A stretch of 64,000 bases of DNA from an uncultured Rhodococcus sp. (GTDB lineage: Bacteria > Actinomycetota > Actinomycetes > Mycobacteriales > Mycobacteriaceae): assembly GCA_963517305.1 (NCBI GenBank), contig CAUQEL010000008.1:36145-100144 (forward strand). The letters are read 5' to 3'. Made by a program: the position numbers and the translations under genes. The notes beneath the pieces are model-generated. The model saw nothing but the letters and a program-made list of their open reading frames with translations. It ran no database searches and was not told where the DNA came from. Positions 1 through 11,362 of the stretch are shown piece by piece (within the stretch, counting starts at the first letter, position 1; each line of letters opens with the position of its first letter).

Positions 1-673
1 ATTCGCCGTCGGAGAAGTTCTCGATTTCTCGTCGCCAGTTGCTGATCAACGACGTCGGGCACACGACAAGGTAGTTGCCCTCGCCTCGCCGTGCTCCGGC
101 GATCATGTGTGCAATGGCCTGGAGCGTTTTGCCCAGCCCCATCTCGTCGGCCAGGATTCCGCCGCCTCCGACCTCGTGAACGGTCGGCATCCAGGCGGCA
201 CCGTGCACTTGATAGGGCCTGGGCGTGAAGGCCGAGGCACGTTCGAGCAGATGGTTTTGAAGAAGCAGGCTGGCCCGGAGTGCGTCAGCAGCACCGTGTG
301 CCGTCAATACGCTCGACCCGCCGGTGTTGGGAACCGCGTGCGCCACAGGCGGGAGTGCATCAATGAGCGCTGGGGGAACTCCGCTCACGTCTGGATTGTG
401 CTCGACGTGGTTCAGGATCGCCAACCATCCGCGTGCCGATGGACCTTCCGCCGAGCCGGTTGCGGTTCGGAGTTCGCCGAGGTTCGCTGCCACGAGTTGC
501 GCGCCCACAGTGCGCACGGCAATGGTTCCGTCCGCGCCGGGGAGCGCAAGCTCGATGGGAGTGGACTCTCTTTCGGGCGTCGCCCCCGGTGTGCTGTGCC
601 AGGCGGCGAAACAATGACGCTGCGGCAGATAGGTGACGTGCGGAGCTGGGTCTGTTTCGGCGGTCGAAAGCAT
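1..673 (-). CDS. SNF2/Swi2-family DEAD/DEAH helicase, N-terminal part (runs off window start)
   Basis: Not in the ORF track because it is truncated. Manual minus-strand translation gives PRPYQVHGAAW...GGILADEMGLGKTLQAIA...YLVVCPTSLISNWRREIE (SNF2 motifs Q, I, Ia). ATG at 673 is preceded by GGAGG. Confidence 0.85.
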   Translation of the reverse strand, partial: MLSTAETDPAPHVTYLPQRHCFAAWHSTPGATPERESTPIELALPGADGTIAVRTVGAQLVAANLGELRTATGSAEGPSARGWLAILNHVEHNPDVSGVPPALIDALPPVAHAVPNTGGSSVLTAHGAADALRASLLLQNHLLERASAFTPRPYQVHGAAWMPTVHEVGGGGILADEMGLGKTLQAIAHMIAGARRGEGNYLVVCPTSLISNWRREIENFSDGE

Positions 674-829
674 GCACCCTCCGGCGAAGTTCGCTGCCTC
701 GGCCAGGTCCGAGGCTGCCCACACCGTACGCCGTCCGGTTGGTTTTCGCTGCATCCGATCGCGGTTGACAATTCCGAAAAATGCTGTCCTACAGTGCTAT
801 CGAGCTCCGACCCGGCGCGATGGGTTGGA

Positions 830-1648
830 TCAGGATTGCTCGCGAGAACACCACCACGTCGTGCGGCCACCCACCGTTCCGCGAGCCATCGGCGCACCAC
901 ATCGAGGGCAGGCTGCATCCGTTTTTCGGAACGGAATGATCTCCCCGGTGTGTACGCCACCTTTCTTTATCGCCGATCGGATCGCGCGACGCAGAACAAC
1001 GCGCAGTTGGTCGAGTTCCTCCGTCGTGAGCGTCTTGGCTCGCCTGGACGGGGATTGCTCGCTCTGCCAGAGCACCTCGTCCGCCAGTAGGTTGCCCACT
1101 CCCGCTATCGCGGCTTGGTCGAGCAGTCGTGCCTTCAGAGGTGCACCGCTGGAACCGATTCGGTGACGGAAGTCGTCGCGACCGATCTCCGCGGCATCCG
1201 GGCCGAGAGCGTCGATATCGGGTTCGAGTCGAACCCGGCCGAGGCGGCGCTTGTCGAAGAGTCGAAGCTGCCCACCGTCGTCGAACGTCATGGAGAACCG
1301 CGTCCACTCCGGCTTGTCGGTCGGGCGCTCACCGACATGAGGATCGCCACCTCCGTACTGCGAGGTGCGCTCACCGTCGGGAGCGGTGACGATGACGCGT
1401 CCACCCATGCCGAGGTGGATGCCCAACGTCGGGCCGCTCGAGCCGTCGGCCGTGACGGTTTCGCACCACATTGCCTTGCCGCGTCGACGCGCCTCGGTGA
1501 GTTTCCCGCCCGTCAGGGCACGGGCAATATCGCCTGGCATGTGCGGTCGGCACTCGAACGTGTCGGTGTCGTCGATGTCGACGATGACGCGACCGAGAGC
1601 TTTTTCGACGACCTGTCGAGCGTTTTCGACTTCGGGTAGTTCGGGCAT
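830..1648 (-). CDS. Fpg/Nei-family DNA glycosylase/AP lyase
   Basis: N-terminal MPELPEVE, RRGK, HLGMGG, H2TH motif LLDQAAIAGVGNLLADEVL, C-terminal CPRC...CSREQ zinc-finger-like segment. Confidence 0.92.
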   Translation of the reverse strand: MPELPEVENARQVVEKALGRVIVDIDDTDTFECRPHMPGDIARALTGGKLTEARRRGKAMWCETVTADGSSGPTLGIHLGMGGRVIVTAPDGERTSQYGGGDPHVGERPTDKPEWTRFSMTFDDGGQLRLFDKRRLGRVRLEPDIDALGPDAAEIGRDDFRHRIGSSGAPLKARLLDQAAIAGVGNLLADEVLWQSEQSPSRRAKTLTTEELDQLRVVLRRAIRSAIKKGGVHTGEIIPFRKTDAACPRCGAPMARGTVGGRTTWWCSREQS

Positions 1649-1698
1649 GGATCCGGGGTACCCAATTCGCGGGCACTATGCGCGGGTGCCGTCACCGG

Positions 1699-2142
1699 TC
1701 ACTCGACTCGTTCGTCGTCCCTTTCGGGCACCAGTGGACCCAATTCCGCGTCGAGCACCTTCTGCACGACGCGCATCGCCGCCAGCGCAGCAGGCGCACC
1801 GCAGTACCCCGCTGTATGGATAACGGTTTCGGTGATCTCGGTTCGGGTGAGGCCGTTGCGGAGAGCTCCACGTACGTGTCCTGCGAGTTCCTCGTGGGCG
1901 CGCAAGGCGATGAGGATTCCGAGGTTGAGAAGGCTCCGGCTGCGGTGATCGAGACCGGGACGCGTCCACACGCCGCCCCACACGGTGTCGGTTACGAAGT
2001 CTTGCAATGCTGCGGAGTCGGTGTTGGAGGCGACGGCGAACGCTCTGTCGACGTACTCGTCGCCCATCACGTTTCGGCGGACCTCGAGCCCGTCCTCGAA
2101 TCGCGGTCCCCTGTTCCGATTCGTGGCCTCGTCCTCGATCAT
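1699..2142 (-). CDS. Carboxymuconolactone decarboxylase (CMD/AhpD-like) family protein
   Basis: GLEVRRNVMG...VWGGVWTRPGLDHRSRSL...HVRGALRNGLT...EITE...YCGAPAA pattern typical of PcaC-like proteins. Confidence 0.88.
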   Translation of the reverse strand: MIEDEATNRNRGPRFEDGLEVRRNVMGDEYVDRAFAVASNTDSAALQDFVTDTVWGGVWTRPGLDHRSRSLLNLGILIALRAHEELAGHVRGALRNGLTRTEITETVIHTAGYCGAPAALAAMRVVQKVLDAELGPLVPERDDERVE

Positions 2143-2222
2143 GATGTCCCTTTCCGTCGTCTGCGTTGTCGACAGATCATGGCAGGGGGTTTCAGTGAAA
2201 CAGAATGCGGAGGCGAACTCGG

Positions 2223-2450
2223 CTACGGTTCGATCTGGCCGGTGTCCGTGCGTGGATCACCGTGATCAGGTGGGGTGATCCCACGCTCGCGTGGCGAGCC
2301 CATGAAGGCCGATCCTCCGACAGCACTGTCGATTCCGTGGAAACGACCGCGCCGCATGCGCGAGCGAAGTATGCGCGCGATGACGACGAAGACACCCAGA
2401 ACGACGGCGAACCCGGCAATTACGGCAACCAGTGCCAGCGATGTGTCCAT
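2223..2450 (-). CDS. Small single-pass membrane protein, hypothetical
   Basis: 75 aa, N-terminal hydrophobic helix followed by a basic stretch; GGAG upstream of ATG. Confidence 0.55.
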   Translation of the reverse strand: MDTSLALVAVIAGFAVVLGVFVVIARILRSRMRRGRFHGIDSAVGGSAFMGSPRERGITPPDHGDPRTDTGQIEP

Positions 2451-2559
2451 AGCAGTCTCCGATCCTCACCGTCGTAAAACCCGACCGGTCGCTATCGATT
2501 ATCGGGCATGGGAGTGACTCGGGTGATGAAATCAGGACACACGGTGTCTGTCGATTTGC

Positions 2560-2727
2560 TCAGCGCGGGGAAACCGGCCCACCGTCACGGTCGTCGTGCG
2601 AAGTTTGTATGTCGTCGGAGACGTACTCCGCGCGAGTTGCTTCGAGGAACAGCTGAAGAAAAGAAGAATGCGCGCCTCGTTCCTGCGCCGTACTTCCCTC
2701 TCGGGGGTCTTCCGATGCCTTCGACAT
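2560..2727 (-). CDS. Small hypothetical protein (55 aa, MSKASEDPREG...)
   Basis: ATG at 2727 with a GGGAGGAG RBS-like element upstream; no recognisable motif. Confidence 0.35.
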   Translation of the reverse strand: MSKASEDPREGSTAQERGAHSSFLQLFLEATRAEYVSDDIQTSHDDRDGGPVSPR

Positions 2728-2989
2728 AGCGATTCGCTCTCCTCCCGTGTCCGCGAACAACAGTCTCAGATTCTGAATAGTTAAGCAACTGAGACAGTGA
2801 GTGCAAACCCTGACACGAAGTGAACGACCGGTGCGGTGAGAACCTCGTCGTCGAGATGCGTTGCCGAGGCAGCCCGAATTGCGGCCGCGGCGTCGGCTGT
2901 GACGCGGGTCCGGTCGCGCTACAACTCGTGCTCGTCGGTATCGAGAGTGACCGGAGCGTGCATCGCCGCCCGTTGCCTTCGAATGAAGG

Positions 2990-5053
2990 TTACGTTCCAG
3001 CGGCGGTAGGCGGCTCGATCAGCATCCTCTTGATCACCTTGCCGGTCGCAGTTCGGGGCAGTTCGTCGAGGAACGTGATGTCGCGAGGAACGCAGAAGCG
3101 GCTCAACCGATTTCGAATGTAGGCGCGCACCATGTCCGCATCGAGACCGGCCGATCCGCGGCCGACGACGAATGCGGCCAAACGCTGCCCGTATTCAGGG
3201 TCGGGCACACCGACGACCGCGACCTCGCCGACCTGAGGAAGATTGGCGATGGCATCCTCGACGGGTCCGGGAAAGACGTTCTCGCCACCGGAGATGATCA
3301 TCTCGTCGTCCCTGCCACAGACGAACAGCCGTCCGTTGCAGTCGATGTACCCGAGATCTCCGGTATCCATCAGGGCAGCTCCGCGGGCGGACGCCGTCGA
3401 CGGCGGCTCGGCGTTGGTATAGCCGTCGAACAACATGTCGTTGCCGACGAATATTCGGCCGAGGGTTCCGACCGGAACGGCAGTACCGTTCGCGTCGAGA
3501 ACCGCGACCGTCGTACCCAGGGGAGGGCGGCCGGCGGTGGCGGGGGCTGCGCGCAGGTCTTCGGGAGTAGCGATCGTGGCCCACGAGACCTCGGTGGAAC
3601 CGTAGAAGTTGTAGAGGACGTCACCGAAGACATCCATGAAGCGGCTGACGGTCGATCCGGTCAATGCCGAGCCACTGCACGCAACGACTCGCAGGCTCGA
3701 GGTGTCGTACCGTGATCGAACCTCGTCGGGCAGGTCGAGTATCCGCTGCAGCATGATCGGAACCGCGATCAACGACGTACAACGGTGCGCATCGATCGCA
3801 CGCAAGCAGTCCTCCGGATCGAATCGATCCTGGAGAACCACCGTGGCGCGCAACGGAGTACTGATCTGCAGTGCCGCAAGCCCCCAGCTGTGGAACATCG
3901 GTGCCGCGATCAACATTGTCTCGTTCATCCGAAGGGGCATGCGAGACAGCATGGCTGCCACTGTTCCGAAGCCCTTCGGTGTGGGACGAACCGCACCCTT
4001 CGGTGACCCGCTGGTTCCGGAGGTCAGCACGACCACCGACCCGGGGCGATCCGGCCTCGTGAACGTGGCGGACGGTGCTGCGACGAAGTGTTCGAGGGTG
4101 CGCCGACGGGGAACGGCGGTATGGGAGGACAGGCTCACCCGGGTGACATCGTCGGGCAGGTACCGCACCATCGAGTCGAACTCGTCGTCGACGAACAGCA
4201 CTCGGAGCTGGTGGCGGGCGGCAATCGTCTCGATCTGACGGGCAGCGAGGCCGGTGTTGAGAAGGACCACCTCGACTCCGAGCATGCCGCATGCGACGGT
4301 GCACTCGATCATCGCCGAGTGGTTGCGGGCCAGAATTCCGACAGTGCTTCCGGGACTGATTCCGGACGCGTCGAGACCCGCCGCGATACGGTGCGATCGG
4401 TGGTGGATCTCTGCGAAGGTCCTGGTTCCTCGGTCGTCGATCAAGGCGATCTCGTTCGGGGATTTCGCTGCAGCGGCGGCGAAGCCACCGCCCAGGGTGA
4501 AGCCCCATTTCGCCAGCGAATTCAGCTGCCTGTACGCGCGGTCGGGACGGGCAGCACGAATGACGCCGGTTCCCACCATCGTCTTCATGATTGCCAGCGG
4601 TAGCGACCGTGAATCCCCGGTGTTGGTCACGATCGACGTCGAGGTGCCGGACAGGGAGTTCTCCAGTCGACGCAGTCCGCCCATGACCCAATCGACCACG
4701 GCGCGGTTGTGTTCGGGTTGGGGAACGTAGGACCCGCCGAGCCCCGCTCTGAACACAGTGACATCGATTTTCGTCTCGCCGGCCGAGCGCGCAGTGAGGG
4801 TGAATCTGACGAATCCGCCGGACTCGACGTGTTCGATGGTGATGATCGGCCGGTTTCGTCTGTTCACCACCAGGTCGAGGGCGTGCTCGATACCGCCCAC
4901 TCCGCATCGGAAGCCTGCCGTGGACTCACGGAGCGTGCAGTAATCGAGCCCGGGGAAGTAGCGTGGGAACAGCTCGACCGCGCTCAAGACCCCGCATACC
5001 TGCTCGATGTCGTGTGCGAAGACCGTGCTGCAGTCGATGACGTCCGAGACCAT
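2990..5053 (-). CDS. AMP-binding acyl-CoA synthetase (FadD-like) with N-terminal SRPBCC/START-like domain
   Basis: LTSGTSGSPKG P-loop, NFYGSTE, DTGDLG, GRDDEMIISGGENV, LPRTATGK; about 140 extra N-terminal aa with an SRPBCC-like pattern (LFPRYFPGL). Confidence 0.88.
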   Translation of the reverse strand: MVSDVIDCSTVFAHDIEQVCGVLSAVELFPRYFPGLDYCTLRESTAGFRCGVGGIEHALDLVVNRRNRPIITIEHVESGGFVRFTLTARSAGETKIDVTVFRAGLGGSYVPQPEHNRAVVDWVMGGLRRLENSLSGTSTSIVTNTGDSRSLPLAIMKTMVGTGVIRAARPDRAYRQLNSLAKWGFTLGGGFAAAAAKSPNEIALIDDRGTRTFAEIHHRSHRIAAGLDASGISPGSTVGILARNHSAMIECTVACGMLGVEVVLLNTGLAARQIETIAARHQLRVLFVDDEFDSMVRYLPDDVTRVSLSSHTAVPRRRTLEHFVAAPSATFTRPDRPGSVVVLTSGTSGSPKGAVRPTPKGFGTVAAMLSRMPLRMNETMLIAAPMFHSWGLAALQISTPLRATVVLQDRFDPEDCLRAIDAHRCTSLIAVPIMLQRILDLPDEVRSRYDTSSLRVVACSGSALTGSTVSRFMDVFGDVLYNFYGSTEVSWATIATPEDLRAAPATAGRPPLGTTVAVLDANGTAVPVGTLGRIFVGNDMLFDGYTNAEPPSTASARGAALMDTGDLGYIDCNGRLFVCGRDDEMIISGGENVFPGPVEDAIANLPQVGEVAVVGVPDPEYGQRLAAFVVGRGSAGLDADMVRAYIRNRLSRFCVPRDITFLDELPRTATGKVIKRMLIEPPTAAGT

Positions 5054-5189
5054 GCCCCACCCCTCGTACCTTGCCGAGCCGACAGCAACGCCGACTCAGC
5101 ACCGACCAGGGGATGGCGGCGCGCACCAGGAACGGGTCATCCGCCTGGATGAAGTCGTCATCGTAAACCCGGCGCATGGTTCTTCGCGC

Positions 5190-5225
5190 GAAATCGGCCG
5201 AAGTCGGTCTCGAATCGCCGATTTC
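5190..5225 (-). terminator. Possible hairpin downstream of the DASS transporter
   Basis: 9-bp inverted repeat gaaatcggc/gccgatttc 15 bp past the stop codon; no clear U-tract. Confidence 0.3.
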
Positions 5226-5239
5226 TTCTGTGTCGAGCG

Positions 5240-6844
5240 TCAGAACTGAATGCCGAGCGACCACGCGAACACCGTGTACGCGGCGATGGTGATCAGTGAG
5301 ATGGCGATCAGATTGAGCCAGAAACCACCACGCATCATCTGACCGATCGTGATGTAGCCACTGGCGTAGGACACCGCGTTGGGCGGAGTCGCCACGGGCA
5401 ACATGAACGCACAAGTGGCCGCAAGCGCAACGGGGACGGTCAGGACCAGAATGTCGATGTTCATGCCCATCGCGACGCCACCCGCGACCGGAAGGAAAGT
5501 TGCGGCCGTCGCGGTATTGCTGGTGATTTCGGTCAGGAAGATGATCGCAGCCGTGGCGACGACGACCAACATGACCACCGGAATGGTGTCGAGGCCGCCT
5601 GCGACGCTACCGATCCACTCCGTTAAGCCACTGGACTCGAATTGGGAAGACAGGGCGAGCCCGCCGCCGAACAACAGCAACACGCCCCAGGGCAGCTTGA
5701 CGGCGGTTTCCCAATCGATCAGGCGGACACCCTTCTTGCTTCCGCTGGGTAGCAGGAACAGCAGCAGAGCCGCTGTCATGGCTATCCCGGTGTCGGAGAT
5801 CGGGGCATCGTCGAAGATCAGCGGAACACCCACCCACGACACGGCCGCCAGGCAGAAGATGATCGCGACTCGGATTTCACCCTGCGACATCCTGCCCAGG
5901 GCGTCGAGTTCACCTCTGATCAGCTGTTTGCCACCGGGTATGTCGTCGATCTCCGGCTTGAACAGCACGTGGGTCAGCAGGAACCAGGCGATCACGAGCA
6001 AGATCACGGCGAGCGGAACGCCGGCGATCATCCACTGGAGGAACCCGATCGTGATTCCCTGCCCCTCCAGGTAACCCACCAGCAGTGTGTTGGGGGGAGT
6101 ACCGATGATGGTTCCGAGTGAGCCGATCGACGCCGCATAGGCGATGCCGAGCATCAGAGCGGTCCCGAAGTTGCTCTTGATGACGGCCTGGGTGATGGTT
6201 TCGTCGTCGGGGGCGGAATCACCGCCGGTGCCGGGCACCGCCCCGGCCTTCTTGCCGATGTCTAGAACCAGAACCAGCACCGATACACCGATCGGAATCA
6301 TCATGACGGCGGTGGCCGTATTGGACACCCACATCGACAGAAAGCCTGTCGCGATCATGAACCCGGCGATCACCATCGTCGGTTTGGTGCCCATGGCGTC
6401 GACGGTCAACAGGGCTATGCGTCGGTGCAGATTCCACCGTTGCATGGCCAGCGCCAGGAGGAACCCGCCCATGAACAGGAAGATGATGTTGTTGCCGTAC
6501 GAGGCACCGACATCGTTGACGGCGACATCGGAATCGAAGACCGGAAAGATGACGAGGGGCAGCAGCGCGGTCGCTGGGATGGGCACCGCCTCCGTCATCC
6601 ACCAGATACCCATCAATACCGCAGTGCCTGCGGTCAGCCTCGCCGGATGCGCTACGTCATCGGGAAGAACCAGGTACACGAGAACTGCCAACAGGATGCC
6701 TGCGCCGAGGCCGACCCATTGACGCGTGCGGCGCCCCGGTTGCACTTCGTCTTCTCGTTCTCCGGCCGATCTCTGATCCACTTCGTCGAAGTCGTGGCCT
6801 TCGGACGAGCGCCCGGCCTTCTCCTCGTCGCCGACCTGCGTCAC
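5240..6844 (-). CDS. SLC13/DASS family sodium:dicarboxylate/sulfate symporter
   Basis: WWMTEAVPIPATALLP, SMWVSNTAT, GTPPN, TEITSNTATA, FMLPVATPPNA motifs. GTG at 6844 follows GAGGAGG; the 908-aa ORF in the track has a spurious 5' extension. Confidence 0.9.
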   Translation of the reverse strand: MTQVGDEEKAGRSSEGHDFDEVDQRSAGEREDEVQPGRRTRQWVGLGAGILLAVLVYLVLPDDVAHPARLTAGTAVLMGIWWMTEAVPIPATALLPLVIFPVFDSDVAVNDVGASYGNNIIFLFMGGFLLALAMQRWNLHRRIALLTVDAMGTKPTMVIAGFMIATGFLSMWVSNTATAVMMIPIGVSVLVLVLDIGKKAGAVPGTGGDSAPDDETITQAVIKSNFGTALMLGIAYAASIGSLGTIIGTPPNTLLVGYLEGQGITIGFLQWMIAGVPLAVILLVIAWFLLTHVLFKPEIDDIPGGKQLIRGELDALGRMSQGEIRVAIIFCLAAVSWVGVPLIFDDAPISDTGIAMTAALLLFLLPSGSKKGVRLIDWETAVKLPWGVLLLFGGGLALSSQFESSGLTEWIGSVAGGLDTIPVVMLVVVATAAIIFLTEITSNTATAATFLPVAGGVAMGMNIDILVLTVPVALAATCAFMLPVATPPNAVSYASGYITIGQMMRGGFWLNLIAISLITIAAYTVFAWSLGIQF

Positions 6845-6930
6845 GGAACCTCCTCGGTGTGGACGTTTCATCACCCTAACGCGTGAATTGTCCGGAAGGT
6901 CCGAATCGAACAGCCTCGACGCACACCGGC

Positions 6931-8397
<1,467 letters not shown>

Positions 8398-8507
8398 GGT
8401 GCCATCCTGGAGTGCTCGGTGTGTGGGTGCGTCGACAGCACATTACTCGCAGATGGCCGAAAGTTTGCACCGAACAAAGACACACGGGTGCAGTTCCGTG
8501 CACGCTC

Positions 8508-9848
8508 TCAGTGCTCGGTAGCACCCCAGATGTCGCCGAACGGCATCGAGCGCCCCAGAATGCGTTCTGCTGCACGGTGTCCCGACTTCAAGGCTGCGGT
8601 GACCGTTGCCGGATCATCGGTCCAGGTCGCTTCACCGGCGAGGTGAAGTACGTCGCCGATCGGAGTGGCAAGGTCGTCGTGATCGCGCGTACGTGAACCC
8701 ACCGTCATGTACGAATACGAACCGTAGGAGAATGGATCGTCCTGCCAGCGAGTGACATACACGCGGTCCGGTGTGACGACACGGTCGCCGTACAGGCCAC
8801 GCAGAGCTTCGAGAACCGAGTCCGCGATACGGGCGTCCGACCAGTGTCGAGTCTGCTGCGCACACGCGCCCGCTGCGAACGTCAGAAGCGTCGGACGTCC
8901 CAGCGGCATGGTCACGTCGTACCAGGAGTGCCACCAATGGCCGGCTTCGCCCTGCTGCCGTACGGCGTAGACGTTCTCGTCCCAGAACTTGGTGGGGAAC
9001 GTGAGGAACACCTTCTCGAACGCGTTCATCTCCAGTCGTTCGAGTGCGCCCGAAACAGGTTCCGGCAGAGGGGGTTCCACGGTGAACGTCGGTGACTTCA
9101 GGACTCCGATCGGCACCGTCACCACAGCACGCTCGGCCGAGAACTTCCCGGACCCGGTATCGACCAGAACTCCGTCTCGACCCCAACGGACCCGCGTCAC
9201 CACGTGTTCGAGCCGGACGTCGAGTCCCTCGGCCAGCCGAACGGCCAATTCGTCGTAACCATCGGGAAACACCACTTCGTCGCCCTCGATGGCGTCGTCG
9301 TCCAAACCGTGCGCGTCGAGGAGATCTCCTCCTACCCCCAACTGTTCCTCGGCTCGATGTCCGAGGAACTCGCGAACTCGTTCGAGTCGATCGTTGCTCC
9401 AATCCAGTTGCACCAGAGTTGCTTCCACCGCGTCACGGAACGACGTTCCCAGGGGCGACTCCGCGATCGTCCTTGCGAACAGTTCGTCGAAGTGGTGAAC
9501 GTCGGCACCGAACTGTGCGGCGGCCTCATCGCTCAACCTGGTCCCGGTGGGGGAGTAGTACGCGATGGGCCTGCCGTCGGGCTGGTAGCTGCCGACGGTG
9601 AATTCGACGGTCCGCATTCCCAGCGCGTGCACGGCATCGGCGAGAGGGTTGTCCTGCGTCCCGTGAATCCAGGACGCACCGACGTCGAGAATGCTGTCGT
9701 CGGTGCGCATCGTCCAGACCCGACCGCCCACGCGGTCTCTGGCCTCGAGAACGACAACACGCTGACCGGCACGCTGTAGGAGCCTCGCAACAACCAAACC
9801 GGAAATTCCTGCTCCCACCACGAGGGTATCGACGTGTGTCACCGTCAC
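8508..9848 (-). CDS. Flavin monoamine oxidase family protein
   Basis: VVGAGISGL dinucleotide fold, LEARDRVGGR, DVGASWIHG, TRWQDDPFSYGSYS, LAGEAT. Confidence 0.9.
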   Translation of the reverse strand: MTVTHVDTLVVGAGISGLVVARLLQRAGQRVVVLEARDRVGGRVWTMRTDDSILDVGASWIHGTQDNPLADAVHALGMRTVEFTVGSYQPDGRPIAYYSPTGTRLSDEAAAQFGADVHHFDELFARTIAESPLGTSFRDAVEATLVQLDWSNDRLERVREFLGHRAEEQLGVGGDLLDAHGLDDDAIEGDEVVFPDGYDELAVRLAEGLDVRLEHVVTRVRWGRDGVLVDTGSGKFSAERAVVTVPIGVLKSPTFTVEPPLPEPVSGALERLEMNAFEKVFLTFPTKFWDENVYAVRQQGEAGHWWHSWYDVTMPLGRPTLLTFAAGACAQQTRHWSDARIADSVLEALRGLYGDRVVTPDRVYVTRWQDDPFSYGSYSYMTVGSRTRDHDDLATPIGDVLHLAGEATWTDDPATVTAALKSGHRAAERILGRSMPFGDIWGATEH

Positions 9849-9872
9849 TCCTGCCTGTCGACGGCCGTGGGG

Positions 9873-11213
9873 TCAGTTCCCTCGGCCGGAATTACCGTTG
9901 CCGTTCCCATTGCCGTTGCCGGAATTGCCGTTCCCGTTGCCGTTGCCGGAGTTGCCGTTTCCGTTCCCCGAATTGCCGTTACCGTTCCCCGGAGGTAGCG
10001 GTGCCGGCGCAGCGGGCTCGATCGGAACCGGATTCGTCGTGGGTACGGGAGCAGGCTCAGGTGGGTTCGAGAAGACCGGAATCGACGTCGCAGGCGCAGG
10101 CGTCGTGGGTGCCACTGTGGTCGACTCCACCAGTGTCGGAGTCGATGTCGACGGCGACGGCGAGAGAGGCTCCGGCTCCTCGCCTGTGCCGACGGCGACC
10201 CAGACGATCGCCGCTCCCAGCGACACGAACAGAGCTGTCGCTGCTGGGATCATCCATCGTCGGCGCGGCGACTCCGCTTCGATCGACGCTGGAACTGAAG
10301 GGGACGCAACCATATTGGTCGGTTCGGCGGGCATTACGGTAGTGCGGGGAAGAGGTGCCGTGCTTCGCGAGAGCTCGCGCAGTCGGTGGGCGACGGCAGC
10401 TGCGGCCGGTCGATCCTCGGGGCGCCTGGATGTCATCTCAGTCAACAGTGCGTGCCAGTCCGATCCGAGCCCCTCGGGTACGGCGGGATCGCGGTGCAGG
10501 CGCGCCACCGCTGCTGCCACCGCGCTTCCCTCGAATACCATTGCGCCGGTAAGGCACTCGATGAGGACGAGCCCCAGGGTATAGATGTCCGTCGGTGGGC
10601 CTGCAGACGTACCCGTCGCCTGCTCCGGGCTGAGGTAGTGCGCAGTACCGACCGTGGTGCCGTGCTCGGTGAGTCGTTCGGCGTCGACGATGCGGGCGAT
10701 ACCGAAATCGGCAAGTTTGGCGCACTGTCCCATGCCGACGTCCGGAGCCTGCGCAACGAGGATGTTGGCCGGTTTGATGTCGCGATGCACCACACCCTGC
10801 TCGTGAATGTAGGCGAGAGCCTCCGCCAGCTCGTATCCGATCCGCGCGACGTGGGCACCGTCCATTGTTCGGCCCTGGCGATACGCACTCAAAGTCGGCC
10901 CGTCGATCAGCTCCATCACCAGGTACGGCACCGGCACCCCGCTTGCATCGACCGCAGTGCCCGCGTCGTACAGCGTCACCAGACCCGGGTGCGACAGCGA
11001 CGCGAGAGTTCGAATTTCTGCATCGATGCGCTGGGCAGTGTCCGGCGGCTCACCGTGGCGGAATATCTTCACCGCAACGGATCGGCCGAGAACGTGGTCA
11101 TCGGCGTGCACGACGTCGGCCATTCCGCCGCGCCCCAACACCGTGCCCAGTCGGTATCGACCCGCGAAGAGGTGGTCGTGAGGGGCACCGGGACGAGAGT
11201 CCGCTTCCACCAT
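9873..11213 (-). CDS. Hanks-type Ser/Thr protein kinase with TM helix and Pro-rich plus Gly-Asn repeat extracellular tail
   Basis: LGRGGMADV, VAVK, HRDIKPANI, LADFGIA, GTAHYLSPEQ; hydrophobic segment WMIPAATALFVSLGAAIVWVAV. Confidence 0.93.
   Translation of the reverse strand: MVEADSRPGAPHDHLFAGRYRLGTVLGRGGMADVVHADDHVLGRSVAVKIFRHGEPPDTAQRIDAEIRTLASLSHPGLVTLYDAGTAVDASGVPVPYLVMELIDGPTLSAYRQGRTMDGAHVARIGYELAEALAYIHEQGVVHRDIKPANILVAQAPDVGMGQCAKLADFGIARIVDAERLTEHGTTVGTAHYLSPEQATGTSAGPPTDIYTLGLVLIECLTGAMVFEGSAVAAAVARLHRDPAVPEGLGSDWHALLTEMTSRRPEDRPAAAAVAHRLRELSRSTAPLPRTTVMPAEPTNMVASPSVPASIEAESPRRRWMIPAATALFVSLGAAIVWVAVGTGEEPEPLSPSPSTSTPTLVESTTVAPTTPAPATSIPVFSNPPEPAPVPTTNPVPIEPAAPAPLPPGNGNGNSGNGNGNSGNGNGNGNSGNGNGNGNGNSGRGN
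9876..9989 (-). repeat. Coding Gly-Asn(-Ser) low-complexity repeat, 38 aa
   Basis: GNGNGNS-GNGNGNS-GNGNGNGNS-GNGNGNGNGNS-GRGN at the kinase C-terminus. Confidence 0.9.
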
Positions 11214-11362
11214 CGATCACCGCCGTTCGTCGAGTCCTTGGAGCACCTTATAGCCAAAGAATCGACGCGCAGACCGCAGTCGGGTATCGACATCACGGTG
11301 CGGTCGGGCATGATGATGCCCCGGGTGGGGACCGATCGAGCAGTATCGAGGGAGGTCCACCC

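Noticed and set aside
107..1090. 327-aa plus-strand ORF
   Set aside because: Antisense to the SNF2 helicase and the Fpg gene.
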